Below, piece by piece: positions 1-9,440 of a stretch of DNA of 64,000 nt. This stretch comes from a virus. Taxonomy: Duplodnaviria > Caudoviricetes. A program made the position numbers and the translations under genes. The notes below the pieces were generated by a model that saw only the letters and a list, made by a program, of their open reading frames with translations, was not told where the DNA came from and did no database searches. Position 1 is the stretch's first letter; the number at the start of each line of letters is the position of its first letter. The stretch is taken from positions 1 to 64,000 of the IMG/VR virus record IMGVR_UViG_3300021399_000147; one strand, given 5' to 3'.

Positions 1-1
1 C

Positions 2-247
2 GATCTATGGGAAAAGAAGCTCAATAATCAATTGTTAAAGCTCATTGAAAATGGATATAACCCTATTGATATTATTAGACAAAGTTTAGATAAAAAATAT
101 TATAAGTTTGTACCACTAGAATCTAGCAGTAATAAGTACAACTGCAATAAAAGAGGTGGCGAACTATTAGATAGTAAGATAGTAGGTAATGATGTAGAAG
201 AAGCAAGACGAAGATTAGAAGAAGATGAAAGTGAGGAATGGTATTGA
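2..247 (+). CDS. Partial CDS (5' end outside window), possibly replication initiator C-terminus
   Basis: Frame open from base 2 to stop at 247; overlaps the start of the DnaC-like gene; function inferred from position only. Confidence 0.4.
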   Translation, partial: DLWEKKLNNQLLKLIENGYNPIDIIRQSLDKKYYKFVPLESSSNKYNCNKRGGELLDSKIVGNDVEEARRRLEEDESEEWY

Positions 248-909
248 TGTTTACAACATGGAATAGTAATAAGTTAAAAAATCTTGATGCTACAGAAAAG
301 TTTATACTAGAGAATAGCTATATCCCTAAATATCAGTGGATAGAAGATAGTTTAAAGCCACTTGATGATGTAGATGCTTTCAAACGATTATCTGAAATAA
401 GGTCAAATATAGATAGTTTTTTGTATAGTTATATAAAAAACAATCTTTTAATATGCAGTAATAATATAGGTAATGGTAAAACAGCATGGGCATTAAAGTT
501 AATGCTGACATATATAGAGGGACAAAAAGGTAAGCTCAACAATGTAGATGAAAGATTGATTACATTAGATAATTATGATTTCTGTGTATTCTGTCAATCA
601 GTTCCGTTTCTTGTAGAGATGAAACAGTTTGGCAACAATAGAGATAGTTATGAAATGTATAGACGATTATGTAAAACCAATCTTGCTGTTATAGATGATT
701 TAGGCGTAGTTAATATGTCGCAGTATGATTACAATGTTATATATGCAGTAGTTGAAAAACGATTGTTTGCAGGTCTGCCTACAATATTTACAACAAATAT
801 GACAAATAAAGATGAGATGCGAGAAGTGTTAGGACCAAGACTTACAGATAGAATATGGAACAACTCAGAAATTATAGAATTTAAGAATAGGGGATTTAGG
901 GGAGTATGA
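238..909 (+). CDS. DnaC/IstB-like AAA+ helicase loader
   Basis: Walker A GNGKT, Walker B IDDLG, TTN sensor, R-finger RLTDRI; directly upstream of helicase. Confidence 0.85.
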   Translation: MVLMFTTWNSNKLKNLDATEKFILENSYIPKYQWIEDSLKPLDDVDAFKRLSEIRSNIDSFLYSYIKNNLLICSNNIGNGKTAWALKLMLTYIEGQKGKLNNVDERLITLDNYDFCVFCQSVPFLVEMKQFGNNRDSYEMYRRLCKTNLAVIDDLGVVNMSQYDYNVIYAVVEKRLFAGLPTIFTTNMTNKDEMREVLGPRLTDRIWNNSEIIEFKNRGFRGV

Positions 910-2255
910 GCGCAATATATCTACAAGTATTAACACGAATAGTTGATGGGAAAGACTATTCATTTATAGAGGACAATAACCTCACAAGTAATATGTTTGA
1001 TGCATATTCGGATGTATTTGATTTTATAGTCGACCACTACAATCAATACAAAGTTATTCCAGAAGATACAACAATTCAGCAGAAGTTTCCGGAAATTGAA
1101 TTTGTTGAGGTGACTGAAAGTGATGAGTACTTATTGGATGCATTAAGAAGTGAGAATGTATCTAATAGATTGCAAAGTATATTCAGACACGCTAATGAGG
1201 TTGCCAGTAAAGACGGTAGCTTCGCCACATTAGAATATCTTAAAGATGCTATCACTCATATCGAAATAGAGAACCGTATAGCGTCCACAGAGATTATAAG
1301 TTCATTCAATGATAGATTACAACACTCAACAGATGTAACACTTAATCATGCTGATTGGTTTATACCTACAGGCTTTAATGAACTAGATAACGATATAAAT
1401 GGTTTTCAGAGAGGAGATGAGCTTGTAGTTTTATATGCTCGTACCAATCAAGGTAAATCATGGATATCTGAGAAGATAGCTACATATATGGCAGAGATAG
1501 GATTTAGAGTAGGCTACTTCTCTCCTGAAATGGGTGAACTTGATATAGGTTATAGATTTGATACATTACATGGTCATATCTCAAACAATGCTATGAGATT
1601 GGGCAGAGAAGAAGATGATTTCAGTCTTGAATCCTATAAAGAATACGGAGATACATTAAGTGAATTGACTGGTAAATTGTTCGTTACACGACCTAAGACA
1701 TTTAACAGAAAAGTTACTGTATCAAAGTTAAGACAGTGGATAAAGTCTGATAAATTAGATGCATTATTCATAGATGGTATCACATATCTTACCGATGAAA
1801 GATTTAAGAGAGGCGACAGTAAAACAATTTCATTAACTAATATTTCAGAAGATTTGATGGAACTATCAGCAGAATTAAAGTTACCAATAATTGTAGTTGT
1901 GCAAGCAAATAGAGGCGGAGTAGTAGATAAAAATAGTTTAGATACTCCAGAGCTAGAGAACATCAGAGATAGTGATGGTATAGCACAGAATGCCAGTATT
2001 GTATACGCAATTCGACAAGTGAAAACAGGTGGTGGTGAGACATTTCTCATCTTTGATAATAAGAAGATGAGAGGTGGAGAAGTAGGTAAATCCTATAAAT
2101 ATAGATGGGATATTAACTATGGTAAGTTTGTAGCTGTTGCAGATAATGAGATACAACTAAATCAAGATACAGATGAAGCTCCAGTAAGAGAAAAGAAAGA
2201 ACCTACAGCAGGTAGACGTTCAAAACGAGAAAAGGTAGCAGAAGATGATTATTGA
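906..2255 (+). CDS. dnaB: DnaB-like replicative helicase
   Basis: TGFNELD, Walker A ARTNQGKS, FSPEM, IDGI, QANR, DSDGIAQNA. Confidence 0.9.
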   Translation: MSAIYLQVLTRIVDGKDYSFIEDNNLTSNMFDAYSDVFDFIVDHYNQYKVIPEDTTIQQKFPEIEFVEVTESDEYLLDALRSENVSNRLQSIFRHANEVASKDGSFATLEYLKDAITHIEIENRIASTEIISSFNDRLQHSTDVTLNHADWFIPTGFNELDNDINGFQRGDELVVLYARTNQGKSWISEKIATYMAEIGFRVGYFSPEMGELDIGYRFDTLHGHISNNAMRLGREEDDFSLESYKEYGDTLSELTGKLFVTRPKTFNRKVTVSKLRQWIKSDKLDALFIDGITYLTDERFKRGDSKTISLTNISEDLMELSAELKLPIIVVVQANRGGVVDKNSLDTPELENIRDSDGIAQNASIVYAIRQVKTGGGETFLIFDNKKMRGGEVGKSYKYRWDINYGKFVAVADNEIQLNQDTDEAPVREKKEPTAGRRSKREKVAEDDY

Positions 2256-3201
2256 TAATACAGAATACTTAATAGATTCTATTGATATTATAAATCTGCT
2301 CAAGGTAGATTTAGCTCAACATAATATCGAGTATTTGAAAGATGTAAAAGATGGACCTAAAAACATACAGATTACTTGCCCCTATCATGCTAATGGTCAA
2401 GAGCATAAACCATCTGCTGGTGTAAGAAAGTCTGATGGAGTATTCCATTGCTTTGCGTGTGGCGCTACACATACATTACCCGAAGTAATATCATACTGCT
2501 TCGGGTATGATAGTGATAGCTATGGTAAGAGATGGTTAGATACTCATATACAAGATAGAATCTATACAAGCGGTAGACCACATTATAAAGAGAGTCAGAA
2601 AGAAATAGTAACTAATAACTTTGTTTCAGAAGAGGAGTTAGATAGTTACAGATGGACACATCCATATTGGGCAGAAAGAGGTATAGTAAATGATAATATT
2701 ATCGAGTTGTTCGACCTCGGGTATGACAGACAGACTCAATGTATTACATTTCCCGTTAGAAATGAGCAGGGACAATGTGAATTTGTTGCGAAGAGGTCAG
2801 TCAATACTAAGTTCTTTAAATACCCATCAGGAGTATCAAAGCCATTGTATGGACTCTATGAGTTATGCTCTTTGGGCTTACAAGATGAGGAAATACTTGT
2901 ATGTGAATCAATGATAGACTGTATTCTATTATGGCAGTCAGAACATTATGCAGTAGCACTAAATGGACTAGGTAATGAACGTCAGTTCAAGCAGTTAAGA
3001 GATTTGCCAGGCAAGAATCTAATATTAGCTACAGATAATGATAAAGCTGGTAGAGATGCTAGACAGAGAATAAGAAGTAAAGTAACTAATAAATGGATGT
3101 CAGAGATAGTATTCCCAAAAGGAATAAAGGATATAGGTGAATGTTCTAAAGAGCAAATAGATAACATATTAGATTGGAGAGAGTACATAGTATTCAGATA
3201 A
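2245..3201 (+). CDS. dnaG: DNA primase (CHC2 zinc finger + TOPRIM)
   Basis: CPYH...HCFAC zinc knuckle; TOPRIM motifs CESMID and ATDNDKAG. Confidence 0.9.
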   Translation: MIIDNTEYLIDSIDIINLLKVDLAQHNIEYLKDVKDGPKNIQITCPYHANGQEHKPSAGVRKSDGVFHCFACGATHTLPEVISYCFGYDSDSYGKRWLDTHIQDRIYTSGRPHYKESQKEIVTNNFVSEEELDSYRWTHPYWAERGIVNDNIIELFDLGYDRQTQCITFPVRNEQGQCEFVAKRSVNTKFFKYPSGVSKPLYGLYELCSLGLQDEEILVCESMIDCILLWQSEHYAVALNGLGNERQFKQLRDLPGKNLILATDNDKAGRDARQRIRSKVTNKWMSEIVFPKGIKDIGECSKEQIDNILDWREYIVFR

Positions 3202-3231
3202 AAATTAAAACAGGCAATTTTCTCAAAACAG

Positions 3232-3260
3232 TTTACAACTATAATTAAATATGTTATAGT
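3232..3260 (+). promoter_or_regulatory. sigmaA-type promoter
   Basis: TTTACA-17 bp-TATAGT with extended -10 TG. Confidence 0.6.
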
Positions 3261-3313
3261 ATGTTTAGTTGCTGAGAAACACAAAACGTCAAACGACAGA
3301 AAGGGACAAAACA

Positions 3314-4033
3314 ATGTCAAAAGAAAAGAACGAAACAAAAGTTGGTGTAATTGGACAGATGTATGAGGACAGAAAAACAGGAAAGCTCGGAGTACTTGAA
3401 GACCGTAATGAAAAGTATAAGACTTTGCTGATGCGAGATGAAGAAGGTAATTCATTCAATATTCAGTTCTCAACTTTTCACAGTCAGTGGCACAAGTATC
3501 AGGGTGATACTGTGATTCAGACTTCTGCACAGAAGGAAGAGATTAAGCAGGAAGAAAAGAAGAAAGTCAGAGAGCAGGAAAAGAAAGTACAGAAATCTAA
3601 AAAAGAGCTGTCAGAGATTGGTGAAAAGCCAGTACTATCCAGAGAAGATAAGCTCAAAGCATTGATAGCACTTGAAAATGTTGTTAAAGATGCTGTCGAA
3701 AAGAAAATCCCAAATTCAAAAGTAACCCACACAATGAGAGGTGGAGTGAAAGTCTACTATAAGAGAAAGTATCTTATGGGATTATATCCAAGAACAATGG
3801 AAAACAAGGTAACAGTGGACACTACAACTGATATTGCTAATCTGATTGATTTAGGTGATATTGAGGTAGAGAAGATTGTACATAAAGAATGGCATATTAG
3901 CACAAAGCTAAGATTCTCAGATAAGTACCTCAATGATGTACTGAAAATCTTCATAGGAGTATTAGTTGATTATGTCAATAATACATACATTACTAACGAA
4001 AAAACGAAAGAAACGAAGGAGGAAAACAAGTAA
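3314..4033 (+). CDS. Hypothetical protein (SH3-like N-terminus, Lys/Glu-rich linker)
   Basis: Long ORF, ATG at 3314 downstream of promoter; no recognised family. Confidence 0.6.
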   Translation: MSKEKNETKVGVIGQMYEDRKTGKLGVLEDRNEKYKTLLMRDEEGNSFNIQFSTFHSQWHKYQGDTVIQTSAQKEEIKQEEKKKVREQEKKVQKSKKELSEIGEKPVLSREDKLKALIALENVVKDAVEKKIPNSKVTHTMRGGVKVYYKRKYLMGLYPRTMENKVTVDTTTDIANLIDLGDIEVEKIVHKEWHISTKLRFSDKYLNDVLKIFIGVLVDYVNNTYITNEKTKETKEENK

Positions 4034-4716
4034 TGCCAAGATTTAGTTACGAGGAAGCAGAATCATATGGAAGTAATGGGAGTAAGACAAATTACTTCTC
4101 ACTAAAAGGTGATGGGGATAAAGCATACGTTCATCTTTTAGGAGATGATATGAATGACTTTCCGGGATATGCCGTACATGAGATTCACATGGGTGATAAG
4201 AAAAGATATGTGAACTGTCTGAGAGAAGCAGGAGCACCTGTTACAGACTGTCCATTCTGTGCACAGGGTAAGAATAATCCAGAACTTAGTAAAGTATTAG
4301 CTAAGTTGTTTATTCCACTTTATGACTGCGATACTGATGAAGTAAAGATTTGGGAAAGAGGTAAGGGATTCTTTAGAGACCTTGCAAGCTATTGTTCTCA
4401 TAATCCTCATGTATCTAAGTTAGTTACAGAGATTGAGCGAAGAGGAAGAGCAGGCGATACAAAGACTACATATGGTCTGTATAAAGATAGCGAAGAGCCT
4501 GAGTTTGATATAGCTAATGTTCAGGAAGATATTCCAGAAATCTTAGGCGACATAGTATTAGATAAGTCTAAGGAAGACATGGAGTATTTTGTAAAGAATC
4601 ATAGATTCCCTAATGAAAGCTCAGAAGCTGGGGTATCAAGAAGAGATAGCGGTGAAGCTACTGAAAGAAGAACATTCTCCAGAAGAAGTAACAGAACTGC
4701 CGAAGATGAATATTGA
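4033..4716 (+). CDS. Single-stranded DNA-binding protein (gp32-like, Zn-binding)
   Basis: FSLKGDGD N-terminus, H/C..CPFC motif, KIWERG, acidic C-terminus; lies between primase and polymerase. Confidence 0.7.
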   Translation: MPRFSYEEAESYGSNGSKTNYFSLKGDGDKAYVHLLGDDMNDFPGYAVHEIHMGDKKRYVNCLREAGAPVTDCPFCAQGKNNPELSKVLAKLFIPLYDCDTDEVKIWERGKGFFRDLASYCSHNPHVSKLVTEIERRGRAGDTKTTYGLYKDSEEPEFDIANVQEDIPEILGDIVLDKSKEDMEYFVKNHRFPNESSEAGVSRRDSGEATERRTFSRRSNRTAEDEY

Positions 4717-4980
4717 TTAAATTGGACCCCACAGTATTATTGCATGATATGATTAACGCTGGAAAAACTTACTTATGCTAAATAAATAATCTTATCACAT
4801 ATCAGATAAGAATATAGTTCCAACATTTCCACCCCATTTTTTGTAAGAGAAATTGAGAAAACAACTCCCGAAATAAACTTTCTTTCCAATTAGCATAAGT
4901 TAAATATCTAAGTTATAATTTATTGGACCGCTCCAATAAGGGTTTATAAGATATATATAAATTGAAAGGACGATAAGATA

Positions 4981-7236
4981 ATGCCACTATTTGAAGTTCC
5001 AAAGCTAAACGGCCGAGAGCAAGATTTAGCATTATTGAAAAAGTCCAAGACGAGAACAAAAACAACTGCCGCCACTAAATCAAGTGGTGGCAGTCTTGTT
5101 AATAAGATAAACGCCATAAAAGCTATGGTAGAAACTCATCTTGGAAAGTATAAAGATGAAACGCTCATCATACAAGACATAGATACACTCCATGACTATA
5201 TAGATAAATGTATAGCTAATGGAATATGTGGTATTGATACAGAAACAACAGGACTAGACCCATTACAAGATGATTTAGTAGGAGTAGGTATATATACCCC
5301 TAATGAAAAGACAACATATATTCCTATAAATCATATATCATATGTTACTGGACAAAGAGTAAAAAATCAGCTAACAGAAGAAGAGGTTGGAAAAGAGTTA
5401 GCAAGATTAAATATAGACATAGATATGTTCAATGCTCCATTTGATATACGATTTATCAAGAATCATAATGGTCCAAGATTAAAGTGTACATGGGATGCAT
5501 ACTTAGCTTCAAGATGTTTGAATGAGAATGAGCCTAATAAAGGTTTAAAGAAACTGCATCAGAAGTATGTACTTAGAGGCGAAGAAGATGCCTTCAAGTT
5601 TGATGAGGTATTCAAAGGTGTTAATTTTGCATATGTACCTATACAGACAGGAGCGTTATACGCAGCCCATGACCCTAAGATAACATATGAGTATGCGGAG
5701 TATCAGAGAAATATCTTTAAGACAAAGGAAAGTCTGAAAGATGTGTATTGGGTATTTAAGAATATAGAAATGCCATGTATAGATGCAATCGTTGAGCTAG
5801 AAGATAACGGTGTGGAATTTGACTTTGATTACAATCAAAAATTAAAGGATAAATATCATAAGATATTAGATGAGAAGATGGAAGACTTCCAGACTGCTTA
5901 TCATATGTATGATGAAGATATAGCAAACTATGATGGCAAAGTAAGATTTGATGAGCCTATCAATATAGCATCAGTACCTCAGTTACAAGCATTATTATAC
6001 GACATTATAGGATTAAAGGGGCCGATAGATAAAAAGACAAAAGAACCATCAAGAAGTACATCAGAAGAAGCATTAAAGGTAAATAAAGATAATGCAGTAG
6101 TAAAAGCAATACTGGAGTATAGAGAGTTTGCCACAATCGTAAGTACATTTATAGATAAACTTCCTGAGTGTGTTAATCCAAAAGATGGAAGAATACATTG
6201 TAAGTTTAATCAGTATGGCGCAGACACAGGTCGTATGAGTAGTCAAGACCCTAACCTCCAGAACATACCTTCGCATAATAAAGAAATACGAAAGATGTTT
6301 AAAGCTACTGACGGATATGTGATGATAAGTTCGGATTATTCCCAGCAAGAGCCGCGAATGATGGCACTTCTTTGTGATGATGAAAAGATGATAAATGCGT
6401 ATAAGCAGGGAAAGGATTTATATGCAGAAATCGCCTCATTGTCCTTTAATACAACATATGAAAATTGTCTTGAGTTTAGACCCGATGGAACGACTAACCC
6501 AGAAGGAAAAGAAAGAAGAAGTCAAGCCAAATCTATATTGCTTGGAGTGTTGTATGGAAGAGGGGTGCCAAGTATTGCAGAACAGCTTGGAACAACAACG
6601 GCGAAAGCACAAGCAATAAAAGACTCTGTATTTAGAGGATTTCCTGCTATTGAACAGTTTGAAAAAGACAGTATTCAAATGGCAGAAGATGTAGGATATG
6701 TCACAACATTGTGGGGAAGAAAGAGAAGATTACCTGCAATGATGTTACCAGACTATGAATTTGAATATATAGACAAAGATAGCTCAGACCCATTATCTTT
6801 TGACGAGGACGAAGATACAGAAGTTCCACAAGAGATAATAGATAAATATATGAGAAAGCTCAGTAGAGCGTGGGGAGCGAAACGAGGCAGTATTATAGCA
6901 GAAGCTAGACAAGAGGGTATTAAGATAACAGATAATACTAAGAATAAAGATATTACAAAAGTAGTTAATGCTAGAATACAAGGTAGTGCCGCAGACTTAA
7001 CGAAATTAGCTATGATAAGAATAGTTAATGATGAACGATTGAAAGAGTTAGGTTTCAGATTGCTCATACCTGTACATGATGAGCTGATAGGTGAATGTCC
7101 TGAAGAAAACGTAAAGGAAGTAGCTGAGAGATTCACACATCTCATGAATATAGCTGGTGGAGAGAGGTTTACTATTCCTATAAAGTGTGACGCAGAAATA
7201 ACAAAATGTTGGTATGGAGAACCTATAAGACTATGA
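4981..7236 (+). CDS. polA: Family A DNA polymerase (3'-5' exonuclease + polymerase, no 5'-3' exonuclease domain)
   Basis: ExoI DTETTG; TGRMSSQDPNLQNIP; motif A DYSQQEPR; motif B RSQAKSILLGVLYG; QGSAAD; motif C VHDEL. Confidence 0.95.
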   Translation: MPLFEVPKLNGREQDLALLKKSKTRTKTTAATKSSGGSLVNKINAIKAMVETHLGKYKDETLIIQDIDTLHDYIDKCIANGICGIDTETTGLDPLQDDLVGVGIYTPNEKTTYIPINHISYVTGQRVKNQLTEEEVGKELARLNIDIDMFNAPFDIRFIKNHNGPRLKCTWDAYLASRCLNENEPNKGLKKLHQKYVLRGEEDAFKFDEVFKGVNFAYVPIQTGALYAAHDPKITYEYAEYQRNIFKTKESLKDVYWVFKNIEMPCIDAIVELEDNGVEFDFDYNQKLKDKYHKILDEKMEDFQTAYHMYDEDIANYDGKVRFDEPINIASVPQLQALLYDIIGLKGPIDKKTKEPSRSTSEEALKVNKDNAVVKAILEYREFATIVSTFIDKLPECVNPKDGRIHCKFNQYGADTGRMSSQDPNLQNIPSHNKEIRKMFKATDGYVMISSDYSQQEPRMMALLCDDEKMINAYKQGKDLYAEIASLSFNTTYENCLEFRPDGTTNPEGKERRSQAKSILLGVLYGRGVPSIAEQLGTTTAKAQAIKDSVFRGFPAIEQFEKDSIQMAEDVGYVTTLWGRKRRLPAMMLPDYEFEYIDKDSSDPLSFDEDEDTEVPQEIIDKYMRKLSRAWGAKRGSIIAEARQEGIKITDNTKNKDITKVVNARIQGSAADLTKLAMIRIVNDERLKELGFRLLIPVHDELIGECPEENVKEVAERFTHLMNIAGGERFTIPIKCDAEITKCWYGEPIRL

Positions 7237-8072
7237 ATTTTGCAGTATTTATTACAACCCATGAAAGAGTAGATAGGGTGAGAACATATGACACGTTGAG
7301 AAAATGTGGTTATACAGGAAAGATATATATTGTAGTAGATAATGAAGATAAACAACTACAAAGATATTTGAATAGATTTCCTGACGTCCTGGTCTACAAT
7401 AAACAGCTTCAATTTAATAGATGCGATAAAGTTATAGATACACAGCAAAAAGCGTCTGTAACTTATCCTAGAAATGCTGTGGAAGATTATGCTAAACACT
7501 TCAAACTAGATACTTTTATGGTATGTGATGATGATATAGTCGGATTTAGATACAGATGGGTTGAAGGTACTACTGTGAAATCATTAGCTATGAATGGTGG
7601 GCTAGATAAAGTTTTTGAATTATATTCTGACTATATCTTAGCCCACGATATAGCAGTCACTTCATTTGTACATATGTTATTCTATATGTCAGGTGTGCAT
7701 AATCTTAATAAACGAATATCAGAACAAAGAGAGATTATCCAGCTCTTTATTAGAAATGCAAAGTTTGAAATGAATTGGAAAGGTGTAATGCGTCAAGATA
7801 TGCTCACAAATACTCTTACTTCAAAAGTAGGGTATTTGTGGTGGGCATTACCGTTCATAACATATGATGCTGAGCCTATGAATGAAACAGGTGATAATGA
7901 TGGTGGTATGAAAGAAACTTATAAAAACATATCAGAATATCAACGTTCATTTTTAGGAGTAATCACTACACCATCGTGCTTGAAAATAGGTGGTGCTAAT
8001 GGTAGAATCAAGATGCAATGGGATAAATCCAAAGCATATCCTATGATTATTAGTGGGAGATATAAGAAATGA
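7233..8072 (+). CDS. GT-A glycosyltransferase, TAGT/GREB1-like family, paralog 1
   Basis: FAVFITTHER start, GYTG, RNA, DDD motif, GGMKETY, YPMIIS end; ATGA overlap with polA stop; clearly paralogous to 8069 and 9437. Confidence 0.75.
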   Translation: MNFAVFITTHERVDRVRTYDTLRKCGYTGKIYIVVDNEDKQLQRYLNRFPDVLVYNKQLQFNRCDKVIDTQQKASVTYPRNAVEDYAKHFKLDTFMVCDDDIVGFRYRWVEGTTVKSLAMNGGLDKVFELYSDYILAHDIAVTSFVHMLFYMSGVHNLNKRISEQREIIQLFIRNAKFEMNWKGVMRQDMLTNTLTSKVGYLWWALPFITYDAEPMNETGDNDGGMKETYKNISEYQRSFLGVITTPSCLKIGGANGRIKMQWDKSKAYPMIISGRYKK

Positions 8073-8896
8073 ATTATGCCGTATTTATCTGTACTCATGG
8101 TAGACCATATACTCAGACAACATGGAAAGTGCTGAGAGAATGTGGATATACTGGCGACATTATAATGATGATAGATGATGAAGATGATGATGGTATGGGA
8201 TATTTAGATGTAGTACATCAGGATGACAGAATGTGGCTACATATATTCAGTAAACAGTTATATATAATGGCAAACGACAGTGGTACTGATAAGCCTATAA
8301 GAAATACCCATCTTTATGCATGGAATGCTTGTGAGAATATCGCAAGAATGGATAGATATGATTATGTCATTATAGTAGATGACGATTTAACAGGATTCAG
8401 ATACAGATATGAAGAAGATGGGCATTTAAAATCTCAACCTATAACTAAGAATATGGACAAATTGTTTGAAGCATATCTGAATTATATGGAAAACTCTAAT
8501 ATCTCCGCTCTATCAGTAGCAGATGCTAGAAACTATATAGGTGGTAAAGCAAAAGATGGGCGAAACATGAATACTCTTGTATTCAGAAAAGTAAGAGATA
8601 GAATAGTATGGAAATCTGAAATGTATGAGGAGATGGTAACATCATTACTAGCACAACAGACAGGAAAGTTCATATTTCAGCCAACATTCTTTCAGTATGA
8701 AACAAAGACAATGGCTAAAGATGTTAAAGGTGGTATGGAAGAAATCTATAATAGTAAGAGCATATTTAATAGGTCAGCTTATGTAGTAATGTATCATCCA
8801 TCATGTGTGAGTTTTGACGCAAATAATACTGGGTTTAAACTGAAAAAAGACAATGCATTTCCTAAGTTAATAAGTTCCGAACATAAACTATTGTAA
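8069..8896 (+). CDS. GT-A glycosyltransferase, TAGT/GREB1-like family, paralog 2
   Basis: YAVFICTHGRP, GYTG, DDED, VDDDL, GGMEEIY, FPKLIS. Confidence 0.75.
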   Translation: MNYAVFICTHGRPYTQTTWKVLRECGYTGDIIMMIDDEDDDGMGYLDVVHQDDRMWLHIFSKQLYIMANDSGTDKPIRNTHLYAWNACENIARMDRYDYVIIVDDDLTGFRYRYEEDGHLKSQPITKNMDKLFEAYLNYMENSNISALSVADARNYIGGKAKDGRNMNTLVFRKVRDRIVWKSEMYEEMVTSLLAQQTGKFIFQPTFFQYETKTMAKDVKGGMEEIYNSKSIFNRSAYVVMYHPSCVSFDANNTGFKLKKDNAFPKLISSEHKLL

Positions 8897-8919
8897 GCCT
8901 TAAAAATATGTTATATAAT
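8891..8919 (+). promoter_or_regulatory. sigmaA-type promoter
   Basis: TTGTAA-17 bp-TATAAT upstream of the 8961 ORF. Confidence 0.65.
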
Positions 8920-8960
8920 GTTTGTGTTGAGAAGCTACACAAAACGAGAGAGGAGAAAAC

Positions 8961-9440
8961 ATGAAACAGCTATTTGAAGATGAAAACGCAAAAAACAATC
9001 CTATGGGGGATGACACTAAGTATTCTAGGGCAATACGTGTACCACAGTATGAGCCATCTAATGAAAAGCCCAGTCTTGAATCAGTCTATGACCTTACTAA
9101 GTATAGTAAGCTAATGGCTAAAATCAATAAGTCTGGAGTATCAGAAGAAGAAAAGAAATTCCTTAAATTTGCCGCAACACGACACATTGTATTCACTTAT
9201 AGTAAGATAGCAGATTACTATGCCCATTCAGATAAAGAGATGCAGGAGCTTATGGAAGAGTCTGCATTAGTTATCTTAGATATAGATGATGCAATAGCTA
9301 ATGGTTATGTAGCTCTGTCTGAGAAAATGAAACAGCTTATAGAAGAAGAAAAGGCAAGAGATGCTAAAGCTAAAGATGCTAAGAATATTCTAAAAGCACA
9401 GAGAGAGCTGGCAGAGAAGAAAGCTAAGGAGAAAGTATGA
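8961..9440 (+). CDS. Conserved alpha-helical protein, partner of the phage glycosyltransferase
   Basis: P.YEP, AATRH.VF.Y.KIADYYAH, SALVILD.D.AI.NGY pattern that I recall from phage GT neighbourhoods; overlaps GT3 start. Confidence 0.6.
   Translation: MKQLFEDENAKNNPMGDDTKYSRAIRVPQYEPSNEKPSLESVYDLTKYSKLMAKINKSGVSEEEKKFLKFAATRHIVFTYSKIADYYAHSDKEMQELMEESALVILDIDDAIANGYVALSEKMKQLIEEEKARDAKAKDAKNILKAQRELAEKKAKEKV

Noticed and set aside
1951-3700. Spo0A boxes (TGTCGAA/TTCGACA) near 1951 and 3694
   Set aside because: Both are inside coding regions, away from promoters; a 7-mer is expected by chance
6735-6960. Intein or intron in polA
   Set aside because: Too short, no C/S start or HN end, no endonuclease motifs, frame continuous
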